Assembly (NCBI RefSeq): GCF_902713615.1 | Contig: NC_052159.1 | Location: 20,348,018 to 20,412,017 of the forward strand | Source of the DNA: Scyliorhinus canicula | Lineage: Eukaryota | Reading direction: 5' to 3' | DNA: 64,000 nucleotides | Part shown: one piece after another, positions 13,413-26,955 of the stretch | How the letters are laid out: each line of letters begins with the position of its first letter | Numbering within the stretch: the stretch's first letter is position 1 | Translations under genes and position numbers: made by a program | Notes under the pieces: generated by a model | The model's input: the letters and a program-made list of their open reading frames with translations, nothing else | The model's database searches: none | Told to the model about the DNA's origin: nothing

Positions 13413-13760
13413 AGCAGCACGGTAGCATTGTGGATAGCACAATCGCTTCACAGCTCCAGGGTCCCAGGTTCGATTCCGGCTTGGGTCACTGTCTGTGCGG
13501 AGTCTGCACATCCTCCCCGTGTGTGCGTGGGTTTCCTCCAGGTACTCCGGTTACCTCCCACAGTCCAAAGATGTACAAGTTAGGCGGATTGGACATGATA
13601 AATTGCCCTTAGTGTCCAAAATTGCCCTTAGTGTTGGGTGGGGTTACTGGGTTATGGGGATAGGGTGGAGGTGTTAACCTTGGGTAGGGTGCTCTTTCCA
13701 GGAGCCGGTGCAGACTTGATGGGCCGAATGGCCTCCTTCTGCACTGTAAATTCTATGATC
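13413..13760 (+). mobile_element. tRNA-derived SINE (HE1-like) with CR1-type tail
   Basis: A/B-box head (GGTTCGATTCC), core GGGTTTCCTCC...CCCACAGTCCAAAG, tail ggccgaatggcctccttctgcactg. Confidence 0.88.
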
Positions 13761-16583
13761 ATCTGGGATTCACCAAAAGGCGGTACATCTTTGAAGAAAA
13801 ATAAACTGATTGGGTAAATTATTTCATTTCATAGTCTCTGATGATTTGAGTCACAATGTTAATCTGACTTTCTCCTTACAATTCTGCCTCACCTACTGAG
13901 GGTAACAAACTTTTCTACCTTGATTTCACATTCCCAGCATTTAGAAGCTTTTCCATTTTTTATCTTTCGTCTTCATTTTTGTTGTCATTCGTTCATGGGA
14001 TCTGGGTGTCGCTGGCTCAGCCAGCATTTATTGCCCACCTCTAAATGCCCTATACATTATATTTTGACAATAATTCAGAATCTAGTAGGGGGGAGTTGTG
14101 GGGGGGGTTATCTTCTGCCAGCCCATTCAGGCACAGGAAGCCATAAATATAATACAGTCACTTGTAAATCCAATAGGGAATTCAGGTGAAATGATTTTGC
14201 CCAGAGAATGGTTACAATATTGAACTCAGTCATTTCCAATGTACGTTTCTTTTTCCTAATAAGCTGGAAGCAAAAGGAGATAAGGGATAATTCCTGGACT
14301 TGGATAGGATGGATCAAATGTGACAAAGTTTATGGAGAAAATTCACCTTCCCTCACCGTAGTAATTACACATGTGACATTCCCCCCACCCCCAACCCTCA
14401 ATCTTCCCACTGGCACCAAACGCAACAGCAAAAACACACTCAAAGTTTCTGTGACTAGCCCATACTATTGTTGAGTGGCGATTTGAAGTTGGAAGGAAGC
14501 TCATGTGGAGCATTGAATAAATTTAAGGAGGAGATAGACAGATTTTTAATTAGGAATGGGCTGAAGGGCTGTGGGTAACATACAGGAAAGTGGATTTGAG
14601 CCAGAGAGGAGATCAGCCACGATTGTATTGCATGGCAGAGCGGGCTAGTCCTGCTCCTAGTTCTTATGTTCTTAAAACTGGGACAGATTTTAAATTTCAG
14701 CAGGAACCAATATTCTGCAGGGACTAATAACGCACCTTATACTATCTAATATAATCTTCATTATTGTCACAAGTAGGCTTATGTTAACGCTGCAAAATTC
14801 CCAAGTCGCCACACCCCGGTGCCTGTTTGGGTCCACAGAGGCAGAATTCAGAATGTTCAATTCACCTAACGAGCACGTCTTTCGGGATTTGTGGGAGGAA
14901 ACCAGTTGAATATAATCAGACAGGAGAACACAGTAGAGGTTGAAATGACAGATTGAAAAATGTACTGGAGTGGATAGCGTAAAGTGTTAATTCAGAGTGG
15001 TAATACAGACATGCCGAGCTTCGGCACTTGCTTGGAGAGGGTAGGGAATGATGGGGAACAGCAATGATCTTGGAAAACAACACCGCCCCAATTCACCAGA
15101 GCTACTTCTACTGAGGCTAGTAATTAGGATGTTGTTTGCACTAAGTGCATCCTCCGTCCTCTAGAATGACAAGGCCGTTCCATCCACAACGTTAAAACAA
15201 TATCAGAAATCAGAATTTACTGACAGCACACATGCCCTTTCCCCTGAACTCTGGAGCCTTCAGACATTTCTGAATGAATCATTGTAAAACAAACACATCT
15301 GTTCCTCAGCACAGCACAGAATGCCGGAAATCTGAACTAAAATGGAAAATGCGGGAAAAACTCAGCAGGTTCGGCAGCATCTGCAGAGAGAAAAACAGTG
15401 TTAATGTTTCAGATTGTTCTGAAGAAAGCTCCTTGATTTGAAATGTTAATTCTGTATCTCCCCCCCCCCCCCCCCCCCCCCCATGGACGCTACACGACCT
15501 GAATATTTCTATTGTTCTTTATTTTCATTACAGGTTTTAGAATACAGCCAATGTTAAGACAACCTCGTGCTCTTTACTGTAACTACCGTTCGGCCTGTCT
15601 ATGTAACGAATGATTTGAGTTACACAGAAAAATAAAACAAATGACAGAAAGTGGTCAGCACTGCTGCCTCACAACGCCAGGGACCCAGGTTCAATTCCAA
15701 CCTTGGGTGACTGTCTATGTGGAGTCTGCACGTTCTCCCTGTCTCTTGTGTGGGTTTCCTCCGGATGCACCGGTTTCCTCTCACAGTCCAAAGATATGCA
15801 AGTTAGGTGGATTGTCCATGTTAAATTGCCATTTGGGGTCTAAAGGTTCGGTGGGGTAATGGGGTTAGGGAGTGGGTGCTCTTTTGGAGGGTCAGTGCAG
15901 ACTCGCTGGGCTGAATGGCCTTCTTCTGCACTATAGGGATTCTGTGATTCTAGAACGAATAACAGAATATCATCCTTTACCCATTGGTAAAATGCCTGTA
16001 AATTAATAATAGCATTTCACTTTTTTCAGTCAACATTAAGCGGTGGAACAGGTCGCTCTATTTCACTTCCATCATTACCTGGCCTGGTCCACATGTGACT
16101 CCAGACCAACAGCAATGTGCTTGAGTCTGAGATGCCCTCTGAGATGGCCAAAAACAAGCCACTCCGTTCACGGGCAGCTAGGGAGAGGCAATAAAGGCCT
16201 GCCCAGCCAGTGGTGCCACATCCCATGAATTAATTTTTTAAAATATCAATGTCAGATTTTTCATGGGGGTGGGAGGAATGCTGTCTCAGCTTTGTGTTAA
16301 TTTTTTCAGTTATCATGTATTCTCCTCCATATTCGCCAATGATCTTTCTGGATTCTATGTTTCTGAGCTCTCAACACTTTTTATTCCAAACTATTTTTTG
16401 GGATGGGGGTGGTCGGTAGTAAAGCCTAAATTGCCCTTGAGAAAGGCAATGGTGAGCTGCTTCCTGAGCTTGTGATGTGGGTACACCTCCAGGGTACCAT
16501 TTGGAATTCAGAAAAATGTCCATGGCAGTTCAAAACGGAATTAGTATCATTTTTAAAAATAAGTTGAGAGTACCAAATAAGTT

Positions 16584-16935
16584 GGGCAGCACGGTAGCAT
16601 GGTGGTTAGCATAAATGCTTCACAGCTCCAGGGTCCCAGGTTCGATTCCCGGCTGGGTCACTGTCTGTGCGGAGTCTGCACGTCCTCCCTGTGCGTGCAT
16701 GGGTTTCCTCCGGGTGCTCCGGTTTCCTCCCACAGTCCAAAGATGTGCGGGTTAGGTGGATTGGCCATGCTAAATTGCCCGTAGTGTCCTAAAAAGTAAG
16801 GTTAAGGGGGGGGGGGGGGGGTGTTGGGTTACGGGTATCGGGTGGATACGTGGGTTTGAGTAGGATGATCATTGCTCGGCACAACATCAAGGGCCGAAGA
16901 GCCTGTTCAGTGCTGTACTGTTCTATGTTCTATGT
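16584..16935 (+). mobile_element. tRNA-derived SINE (HE1-like)
   Basis: Same head and core; ttctatg tail. Confidence 0.88.
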
Positions 16936-17559
16936 TAGTACCCAATTATTTTTTTCCAATTAAGGGGCAATTTAGCATGGGTAAACCACCTAACCGGCAC
17001 ATCTTTGGGTTGTGGGGGTGAGACCCACGCGGACATGAGGAGAATGTGCAAACTCTATAAGGACAGTCACCCAGGATCAGGATCGAACCCGGGTCCTCAG
17101 CGCCGTAGGCTGCAGTGCTAACCACTGCGCCACCGTGCCACCCTGGTATCATGGAATTGAACCGGTCACTTCCGTTATTTAACATAACATGAATTCATAT
17201 AGCGCCTTTCTCAACCAAGTCTGCTGCACCCACAACAGAGTTGCACTCCCTCAGTGCCAGTCAGGTCATTCTGGGTTTTGTGTTCAAGTCTCTTGAGTTG
17301 GGGAGGCGGTGGTGGCAAACACTTAAAGATCTTTGAACATGTTAGAAAGCTTAAGCCGACAAAGAAACAATGTATGTGTCATTTTAAATATCGGCAATTT
17401 GCCGAGATGCTACATGAAGGAAGCGTGTTAGTCTATATCAGTATCAAACACCATTATCAGCCACCTCAACACAAAGTATCCAAACTGTAACAGTGAGAAC
17501 TGAAATTGGCAACTTTTTCAGGCAACTTCCCTGATCCTTCCACTCAACCTAACTTCCCC

Positions 17560-17670
17560 AACAAGCTCCCGCCCCTTTCATTGGCTACTAGTGTTTGCCG
17601 GCTGATTGTTGCGGAGCGGCAGCGCGCCCTCTGATTGCTCCGCTCTCCTGTCGATCATACCAGCAGGTTA
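17560..17670 (+). promoter_or_regulatory. Probable promoter/non-coding first exon (GC box, CCAAT-like boxes, donor CAG|GTTAGG)
   Basis: ccgccc, attgg and two ctgattg motifs in locally CpG-rich unique DNA, followed by a donor-like site. Confidence 0.45.
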
Positions 17671-17970
17671 GGTTTCCTCCTCCTGCCTCTATTTCGCTGG
17701 GTCCGGATCTGTGTGTCTGACATGAAACAGGATCCCGGCCTTACGTCTGCCCCCCCCCCCCCCCCCCCCCCCCAACACACACACACAAACGGCGCATTAG
17801 GAATGCGAAATGTGCCAAAATGTTGAATGCAATGTTGCACAGACATGGCCTTATTGTAATCGCATCAATGTTTAAAACAAAATAACTCGAATTACTACCG
17901 TGTGGAAATGCCTTTGTCGATGTTTCAATGCCCAGTTCTTCTTTCTTGCTGCTGCTGGCGGACGGACCCT

Positions 17971-17989
17971 CACTGCCACCTGGTGGCCC
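17971..17989 (-). promoter_or_regulatory. CTCF-binding consensus motif
   Basis: Minus strand reads GGGCCACCAGGTGGCAGTG, close to the CTCF core CCAC/GCAGG/ATGGCG/AG. Confidence 0.55.
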
Positions 17990-19035
17990 TGCACCAAACA
18001 AAGAAGGGGTTTTCGAAACGACATTTCCGCTATTGTGTCGCCCTCTGTTGTAAAACTCCACCATGAACTTGCAAGGAATTTTGTATGTTGTAAAGTCTAC
18101 ATAAAATGACTTGCAACGTGATAAGTGTTACAGTTTTGAGAAAGGGCATTGAGACAATGCCTTTCACAACCTCAGGACGCCCCAAAACGCTTTGCAGCAC
18201 TTTTGAAGTTATAATGTAGAAAAAGTAGCAACGAATGTATGCACAGTAAGCAGCAAGGTGGTAATAGAACAGTACAGCACAGAACAGGCCCTTCGGCCCT
18301 CGATGTTGTGCCGAGCAATGATCACCCTACTTAACCCACGTAACCGGTATACCCGTAACCCAACAATCCCCCCCATTAACCTTACACTACGGGCAATTTA
18401 GCATGGCCAATCCACCTAACCCGCACATCTTTGGACTGTGGGAGGAAACCGGAGCACCCGGAGGAAACCCACGCGCACACGGGGAGGACGTGCAGACTCC
18501 GCACAGACAGTGACCCAGCCGGGAATCGAACCTGGGACCCTGTAATTTATTTTCAGTGATGCAGGCTGAGGAATAAACATTGGCCAGAATGCTCGGGAGA
18601 ACAGCTCTGCTCTTCAAATAATGGGTTCTTTAACATCTCCCCCAGAAGCTCAGTTTAACATGTTAGATAGATAGCGCTCCTGAAAATACAGAACTAACTG
18701 CATTGGGATGTCAGCCTCAAGTCGTGGGCCGAAGTTATGACGTGGAATTTTATCTGATTAAGAAGCCAGGGCATCAAAGGGTCTGAACAGCACAGGAGGA
18801 AGTCATTTGTCCATTGAGTCCATGCCAGCTCTCTGGAGAGAAATTCAATTGGTCCTCTATCCCCATAGCTCTGCAAGTTTGCTTTCCTCATATGGCCATT
18901 CATTTCCTTTTGAATCATTGATCAGCTCCACATCTACAACCTTAGTGGGCAGGGAATTTCAAGTTACTTAAACTCACTGTACAAAAATGTTCTTCCCATC
19001 CCCTATACCTCTTGCCCAAAGCCTTAAATCTGTGT

Positions 19036-21897
19036 CCCAGTCCCAGGTGGGCATTGCCAAGGCAGAACATGTCCTAGTCTCAGGTGGGCATTGCCAAGGC
19101 ACTGCAGAGTATGTCCCGGTCTCAGGTGGGCCTTGCCGGGGAGCTCCGGAGCATGTCCCAGTCACTGAGGAGCATCGCTGAAGACGTTGACACCGTGCTG
19201 CAGATATTGGGGAGCCATGAGGGCTGGCAGACCCAGATGGTGGAGGGGCATTCAGAGCTCAATCCAGTTGCTCCTCCGTCCCGAGGTGACCCTCAGGGCC
19301 TTAAGGGCACCGACGGGGAGGAAGGGGTGCTGGTTGCCAATGTAGAGCCTCCCAATTGGGTGGCGATGGTGGGCGCCATCTCCCCCCCCCCACCCCGAGT
19401 ACCCTCCCCCAACCCCCCAACAGCGGCACATCTCGAATAGGTGGCACAGCAAGCTATGTGCCAGCGGCAAGTGGACCAGGCACTCCGGCTCGAGGGCCCA
19501 CAAAGGACACCAGCCAGGGGCATCTTGGGAACTCACCTAGACGTAGCGGCAGAGCACGGAAGGTTAAGCAGGTTGACGATCACTGAGAGAGCACTGGGGG
19601 GGAGGGGGGTGGAAGGGGGAGGGGGGAAGAGGGGGGATGTGAGGAGGGGTGGGGAAGGGGGCAGCACCATCAGGGACTAGGGGCAGTTGGGGGTCACAAC
19701 TATACGGCATTAGAACACATTGCACCCGAGTCATGCCTCTGGCACATTATTCCAGCACCCACCCCCCTCCCACTGTATGGTGGTCCTGGAGTTCCTACCC
19801 CCTCCACACCCTTACCCGAGGTATACCATGTGCAGTTGAAGGCTGTGTGCGCTCTCTGACAGACAGAAAGGAGTCAAATTATGGCATAGATTGGGGAGCA
19901 CCAAAGCTCAGTTTACAGTGGGTTATCGTCACCCTCCTGCCTTCAACAGTGACCCGCTGACAGTGCCGACACAAACCCATCACCCCTGGGAGGGTGAAAA
20001 AGGGCAGTTAGAGGATGGAGGGGGGCAGAGGGGCATTTGAATGGGTGGGGAAGGAGGCCTGTTGATATGGGCCAAGTGGGTGATGTGGGAACAGGTGTGG
20101 TGGGATGGTGGGTGAGTGGGGGTGAGATGACGGACAAAGCCATGTCCTATGGGAAGTGGGCGAGGAGGGAGGCCTCCCTGGCCCTCTGGGCATGCCGGAC
20201 CCTTGCCGCTGCTGCCATTCCTCCATCCTCTGGCTGGTCCTGCAGTTCCTCCCCGGGCTCATCCTCCATCTCCTCCAGGTCCGGTGCCTCCTTAGAGGTG
20301 GTCACACATTCCTCCTCCTCCACCTCGAGCATGTCACTCCACTGCTGTGCTAGGTTGTGATGGGCACAGCAGACCATCACAGAGCGAGGCGTTCTGCAAT
20401 GCACCACCACGGTGGTCGAGGCATCAGAAATGCATCTTAAACATTCCGATGCACCGCTCAATGACAGCCCATGTAGCCGCATGGGGCTCCTTGTATTGGA
20501 TCTCCACATCTGTCACCAGCCTCCTACTGGCATCATTAATACGCAAGGACATGGTACAGGTGCAGCACTGTCCCTTTGTTGAGGTGGAGCCTCCTCCGAC
20601 ACTATCCTTCATCTGTTTGAAAGACCAGCGACGCCTGTACACATTGGGCCATCACTGGCCTCCCCCTCTGGGTCCCTCCCTGGCCTGATGGGTTGCCAGG
20701 TTCTCAGGGTGTGGACTTGGGACCTGCAAATGAGCCGCTGCCTCAAGCCTCTGTCAACACTGCTGCCAATCCAGCGTCTGTCCACCTAGCCTGCCACCAG
20801 CACCGCGACGGCAGCCTTCGCGGGAGTCCATGATATCATCCATCTTGTACAATAAGTGTAAGCAATTGGAGAGGATGAGAGACAGATAATTATCAATGGC
20901 TTCCAGCCGGGACACTCTAGTTCCCCCTTGGCTCCCCCATCTCGCTCCTTCACATCTTCTGCCATCCCTCATTGGTGCCATCCAACCTGCCCTGCCCATG
21001 CATTCCCAGCCACAGAAGGGCCCCTGGGCACCAGACACTCGCTAGTAACGTTACCTGGACTGGACACTGGTCGAGGGAATGTCCCCAGCCCTGAGGTCCA
21101 GCCCGTGGATGTTTGGATGTTGGCTGCTCCATCTGTGGTGTTGAGGCCTCATGGTCTGATTGGGATGCTGTGCAATAACTCTCACTGGCGACATGGTACA
21201 CATACCCACGGGAATCCACTTGAGAAGTGTGAAGTGCTCATTTTACTACGATTGCCAATTCCCGATTAGCAATAGCCTTTGGCTACATGGCCAAATGGCC
21301 ACCTTGGTCAGTGGGAGTTATGGGTGGTCGGTGGGACAGACAGGCAGGAGCTGGAGTTGCCCCCGTTATGGGTGCACACGAGTTGAGACACCCAACCCCA
21401 ACCCCCCCCCACCCCCCCCCCCCCCCCACCCCGCAGCCCAGGGACAACCCCCCACCCATGGCGACTCACACCCTGCCTCCACGGCTGAGGCCGTCCCTCC
21501 CAGAGGCAGCCCCAGTACCCCCGGGCTCACTGCCCAGAATCAAAGATGGCTTCTCACCTCCTCAGATCCCCACAGCAGCCATTCTGCCAGATTCCTGTAT
21601 TTAAAAAGGTGTACTAATCGGCCCCATGTGACCGTTTGCCAGGCAGACAGTTAGATCACAGGAGGCCGTTAGATAGGGCGTTATTCCTGTTAATTGTCTG
21701 GAGATTGGCTCTAATTGGTGATTATTGGTTCCTCGCCATGCTGCGGTAGGATTCAGTTCTCGCGAACATGAACGGGTCAGTTAGATCGTAAACTGATCGG
21801 TGCCTAGCGTGGTTCCTGATTTTGGCCTCTCCCACGATCTAATGGCCCCATCGCGCTCTCACTCAAACATGACGTGGCCGTTAAACAGTGCCCGCCC
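19036..21897 (-). mobile_element. Decayed, internally deleted PIF/Harbinger DNA transposon
   Basis: Minus-strand HARBI-like remnants (HAATWAVIERCIGMFKMHF, CCAHHNLAQ, acidic tail); imperfect tandem repeats at 19030-19170; GC-rich end at 21897 abutting the CR1 host. Confidence 0.75.
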
Positions 21898-22084
21898 ATA
21901 ATCTTGCACACCTCTCTCAAATTGCACCTCAGCCTCCTTTACCCCAAGGAGAACAATCTCAGCCTTTCCAACATAACCATGGAGCTAAAGCCCCTCGGCC
22001 CTATAACCATTTGTGTAAGTCTCTGTCACCAGAGCAGGGTACTAGTTGCGGCTTAACAAGAGCTTTCTATGGGTTCTATGGTAA

Positions 22085-22359
22085 TGTCATACATGAAGAC
22101 AATGCAAGGGTTAATGAAGTGTATGCAGACAGTTACTAGAGGGAGTTATGAGTATATAAGGGATGACGCTGAGCCTTGTGGGTCAGACGATACAGCAGGA
22201 CAGATGATGGTTAGAGAAGATGGTGAGGCATGAGAGAGAGAGCAGTTGTGTACTTGAGAGTTCTGCAGTTAGGTATAACATTCATTTACAAAACTTTGTG
22301 TTCTTAATTCAACACTACGCATCCGAGCCATCCAGGAAAGCAAAATAGAGAATACAACA
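22085..22359 (+). mobile_element. Possible short solo LTR
   Basis: TG...CA, AAGGGGTTAAT and TATATAAG; no TSD seen. Confidence 0.4.
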
Positions 22360-22933
22360 GCTTCAGCAGAACTTCCTGTTTTTCTATTCAGTACCTCAAT
22401 TGATGAAGCCCAAGATCCCATAGGCTTTGCTAACTGCTCTCAGCCATCTTCGAAAATCTACCACATGACCTCCACTCCTCCAAACTGTGCCATTAAGTCT
22501 ATATTGACACTCCCTATCCCTCCTGCCAAAATCACCTCACGCTTCTACATAGAAGCAAGTAAAATAGGAGCATGAGTAAGTCATTTGTCCTTTAAAGCCT
22601 GCTCCACCATTGAATATGATCATGGCTGATCACCGATCTCAACACCGTACTCCCGCACTTTCCCCAAAACCTGTAATGCCTCTGGAGCCCAGAAATCTAT
22701 CTCCATAATAAATTCCATTTGCCAGAAATAGAAAGCAACCCAGGTACTAAAATGAGTGATGAAATGAGGGTAATCAATGTCAACAGAGAAAAAGTACCGG
22801 AGAAGCTCAAGCAACTCAAATCCCAAATCCCCAGGATCTGAAGTCTGGCATGCTGGGGCTCGAAAGGAGATAGTTACAGAAATACCGGATGTACTAACAA
22901 TGATTGTCCAAAATTCCCCAGATTCTGGAATGG

Positions 22934-23270
22934 ATTTGGATTTAACCAGGTGTACAGAGGTTCAGTGAAAAGTATTTTTCTGCATACAGCCCAGACAGAT
23001 TGTTCCATACATGAAAAACATGTATCATACGATAAATGCACAATGTTGTTAAGAATATTGTTCTCCGACTTTTGTATCTCCTGCCTGATGGAAGAAGTAG
23101 GAAGAGAGAATAACACGGGTGGGAGGGGTCTTTGATTATGCTGCCCGCTTTCCCCAGGCAGCGAGATGTGTAGGTAGAGTGAATGGATGGGAGGCAGTTT
23201 CGCCTGATGGACTGGGCTGTGTTCACCACTCTCTGTAGTTTCTTACTTTCTTGGGCCGTGCAGTTGCTGT
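22934..23270 (-). mobile_element. Rex1/Babar-like LINE 3' fragment inserted in CR1
   Basis: KLQRVVNTAQSI...IKDPSHP...LLPSGRRY; AAATCC-type tail. Confidence 0.75.
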
Positions 23271-23370
23271 GATGTACCAGCAGTTTGAAAGTTAGCAATG
23301 TAACACTGCTACTCTAGAAATAATGGTACGAAGAACAGACCAGTTCGCCTGACATAATTCTTCAATAAAC

Positions 23371-23890
23371 CTAACCTCCGAAGTTCAGCTCTTTTGTCCA
23401 TGTTTGCACCAAAGCTGTAATGAGATCGGGAACTGAGTGATCATGACATAATCCAAACTGAGTGTCAGTGAGCAGGTTATTGCTAAGCAACTGCTGATTG
23501 ATAGCACTGTTGATGACCTCTTCCATCACTTTACTGAAGATCAAGAGTAGAGAGGTGGGACAATAATTGGCCGGGTTGGATTTGTCCTGCTTTTTGTGCA
23601 CAGGACATAACTGGCCAATTTTCCACATTGCTAGGTAGATGCCTGTGTCTTGCTCTGCTGGATAGCTTGGCTAGATGCACGGCATGTTCTGAAGCACAAG
23701 TTCAGTACTTTTGTCAGAATATTGTCAGGGCCCATAGCCTTTGCAGTATGCCTTCAGACATTTCTTGATATCACGTGGAGTCGATAGATTTGGCTGAAGA
23801 CTGATATCTGTGATGCTGGGGACCTCTGGAGGAGACTAAGATGGATCATCCACTCGGCACATCTGCCTGAAGATTGTTGCAAATGCTTCA
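23371..23890 (-). mobile_element. CR1/L2-group LINE RT fragment
   Basis: PVHKKQDKSNPANYCP...SKVME...QFG motifs. Confidence 0.8.
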
Positions 23891-24697
23891 AACACTTTGT
23901 TAAAATCGATGTAGACAACATTAGCCAAACACAATTTTATGTTTTACAAATCCGTACTGGCTCTTAATTTTTTTTTAATTTACAGGACCCACTTATTTTT
24001 TCCAATTTTAGGGGCAATTTAGCGTGGCCAATCCACCGAACCTGCACACCTTTGGGTTGTGGGTGTGAAACCCACGCAAACATGGGGAGAATGTGCAAAC
24101 TTCACACGGACAGTGACCCAGAGCCGGGATTCAAACCCGGATCCTCAATGCCACAGTCCCAGTGCTAACCACTGCGCCACATGCTGCCTACTGGCTCTTA
24201 ATGAACACAAACCTTTCCATGCTACTGCATATTCTTTCCTGGATTAGTTTCTAAAGTATCAACTAGCATTGATGTTGAACTGAACAGTCTATAGTTATTA
24301 GGAATGTCTTTACATCTTTTCTTGGATTTCACATTTGCCACTTTGCAATTCTGTGTGCCCCTCCTCCCCTGGTGGAAGACACAAGTGGGATGCCAGAACT
24401 CAAGGAGGATCAGGGGGCAGAGGTGAATGCAGTGGCCATCACTAAGGAGAAGGTTCTGGGGAAACTGAAAGGTCTGAAGGTGGATAAATCACCTGGACCA
24501 GATGGACTACACCTCAGGGCTCTAAAAGAGATAGCGGAGGAGATTGTGGAGGCATTGATGGTGATCTTTCAGGAATCACTGGAGGCAGGGAGGGTCTCAG
24601 AGGACTGGAAAGTGGCTAATGTAACACCGCTGTTTAAGAAGGGAAGGACGCAGAAGACGGCAAATTATCAGCCGGTTAGACTGGCTTCGGTCATTGG

Positions 24698-25961
24698 TGT
24701 AGGTTTTCTGGGCAAAATTCGAGCCTTTTACGAGCTGGGAAAAGGACTTTGAACTTTAAGGCAGTAAAAAAACAGCCATGTTTGGGGCTGCAGGACCTTG
24801 ACTAAACTTCCCAGCAGCCTCAGCCCTGTGTGTGTGTTTAGAGAGGCAACTCTCGAAATCCACAAGCAGCAGAAACCCAGATAGGCCGGTGATTAGTTTA
24901 TCTGCAAGATAAAGAAGTTTGTGACATCACCAGACTAGACCGGCAGAAGAACAATGCACCTGGGTTAGTTTCAATACAGGCGCTGATGGCCATGGCCCAG
25001 AGGAAAGATAGAACCCATTTCCTTAATGGGATAGCATTCAGCAACCTCCAGAGGGACAATAGGGTGCAATCAAGTACCTGATACCGAAGATAACGATGTT
25101 AAGCCCACGTATACTTCAATGGGGGCTGAAGGTCACAGTAGCAGATAAGGCCGTAGCCTTTGCAAACTACGAAACTGTTGGTTGGGAAAGGGGCGGAGGT
25201 GGCAGGAAACTCAAACCTGGTGTATAAAAAGGATGGTCAGACCGGCCAGCGCTCACTTCCTTTTTGTCACTCTTCTCTCCTCACTCCTGCTCATCACCAT
25301 CATCATCGTGCTCCTGGTGCCTGCCTTTCATTTTGTTCCAGCACGCAGCCTGAGACCCACTGAGCAGTTTAAATTTGAACTTGGATTGTGAGTATCCTCT
25401 GGAAGTTCGCAAAGTTCCCAAGATTACTATAGTGGATGAGGCTTTTGGGGGATGCACGCATCTCTCATAGCTTTAAGACACTGCTAAAATTGTGTAAAGT
25501 AAGCTTTTACGTGGTGCCCGTTTAGTATTCCTTCCATAGTCATAGTTTTGTAAAGCATAAGGCATTTTGTGGTGTTTTCTAGCATTTGGTGATATTGACC
25601 TTGAACGTTTAATAAATACCTATATTTGGCTTTCAATTGGAGTCTGTTTTGAGTTTTCAATTCCTCTGACCAAGTCACAATAGTAAATCTCCCTTACCAT
25701 AATTCCGGTGTCTAGGACCGAGTGGTACCCTGGGCGCCTCAAAACCACCCACTCAGGAAAGACTGCCAGATTAAGGTGGGCAGTGACTTTCCTTTCTTCT
25801 CTCTCCCGGGGGCGCTGCTCAAGTGGAGTAGGCGCAAGGTGGTTGTGAGTCCACCGGTAAGAAAGAGAGGATCACCCGGGCAGTGGTGGGGCTTGGACAA
25901 AGGGGTGTCAAGCCCAATATAAGCCTGTTGGGTGGAGTTAGAAAAAGGGGATCCCGCTACA
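24698..25961 (+). mobile_element. Solo LTR (1264 bp) inserted in a CR1 LINE
   Basis: TGTAG...CTACA termini; TSD TTGG (24694-24697, 25962-25965); TATAAAAA 25223, donor GTGAGT 25388, AATAAA 25611; CR1 sequence resumes after it. Confidence 0.88.
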
Positions 25962-26040
25962 TTGGTTAGATTTTAGAGTCCATTATGAAAGATGAGATTG
26001 CAGAGTACTTGGAAGTGCATGATAAAATAGAGCTGAGTCA

Positions 26041-26955
26041 TGTTGTGCTTTCTTTTCCTCGTTCTTTTCTATGGCTCTGTTCCAATTTTGGCAATCAGTG
26101 AGTTTGCCCTCCTGTCTTTTGATGTCTATGTACTACTGCTCAGAGTCGCTAGGTATCAAATGATACCACCACAAGGTTCAACCGGCTATCGATCAAAGAG
26201 CCAAACACCAGTTAGTTAGTTCAAGGTCAAGGGTACTCTATTTGCACACAATTAGTCATGCAACATGAACACTACTAGTTAACTACACCTATCGACTAAG
26301 ACAACCTGTACTTAACTTCAGGCACCCGGCTTAGGTCAGAGGAACAGTGGCCGCTGTCCGATTCTGGAACTATCGAGTCTGGAAAAGTAACTGCTGCTCA
26401 GCTAGGTTCATCCGTCTGGTAGCTAGCGTTGAACGTGGACTTGCTTCTGGTGTTGCTACACTTGGAAATGGTCGTGGCCGGGGTGCCAGGTCCAAGAGAG
26501 GACGAACATATGGCGCACTCTCTTCTTATACCTGGGGGGTTTTCGCGCTCTTTTGGGTGGTCCTTCAGTTTGGACCCCATTAATTGGGTGATCCCCGATC
26601 ACTGTGTTCGATTTCTAATCAATAAATGGGCGGGTGTCTGGATGGCTGGGCGTGTCCCAAGCGGTCACTGACCCTGTTGTTTACGCTTCCCTAGAACAGG
26701 GAGTGGCGCCGAAATGTCTGGGATTGTACCGGTCGCTCAAGTACCAGTCCTTTGTCTTGGTGGAGATGGGACATCAAATGCTAATTGGCCCATCAAATGC
26801 TAATCAGTCGGGGTTTCGATACCGTCTGGACTCGTTGCTTGCAAATATACATTTCAGGCTCTGAGCCTGCCTGAATCTTGCTTTGTCCATTTTACCTGCT
26901 AGGCTTTGCAAGTTTCTCTGTCCCTAGTTGTAAGTGGCCATCCCAGATAGATACA
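26041..26955. mobile_element. Solo LTR (915 bp), probably minus orientation, inserted in the same CR1
   Basis: TG...CA termini; TSD GTCA (26037-26040, 26956-26959); interrupts the CR1 SQHGF motif. Confidence 0.85.

Noticed and set aside
13413-13490. tRNA genes
   Set aside because: A/B-box sequences are SINE heads that run into SINE core and LINE-derived tails; no complete cloverleaf
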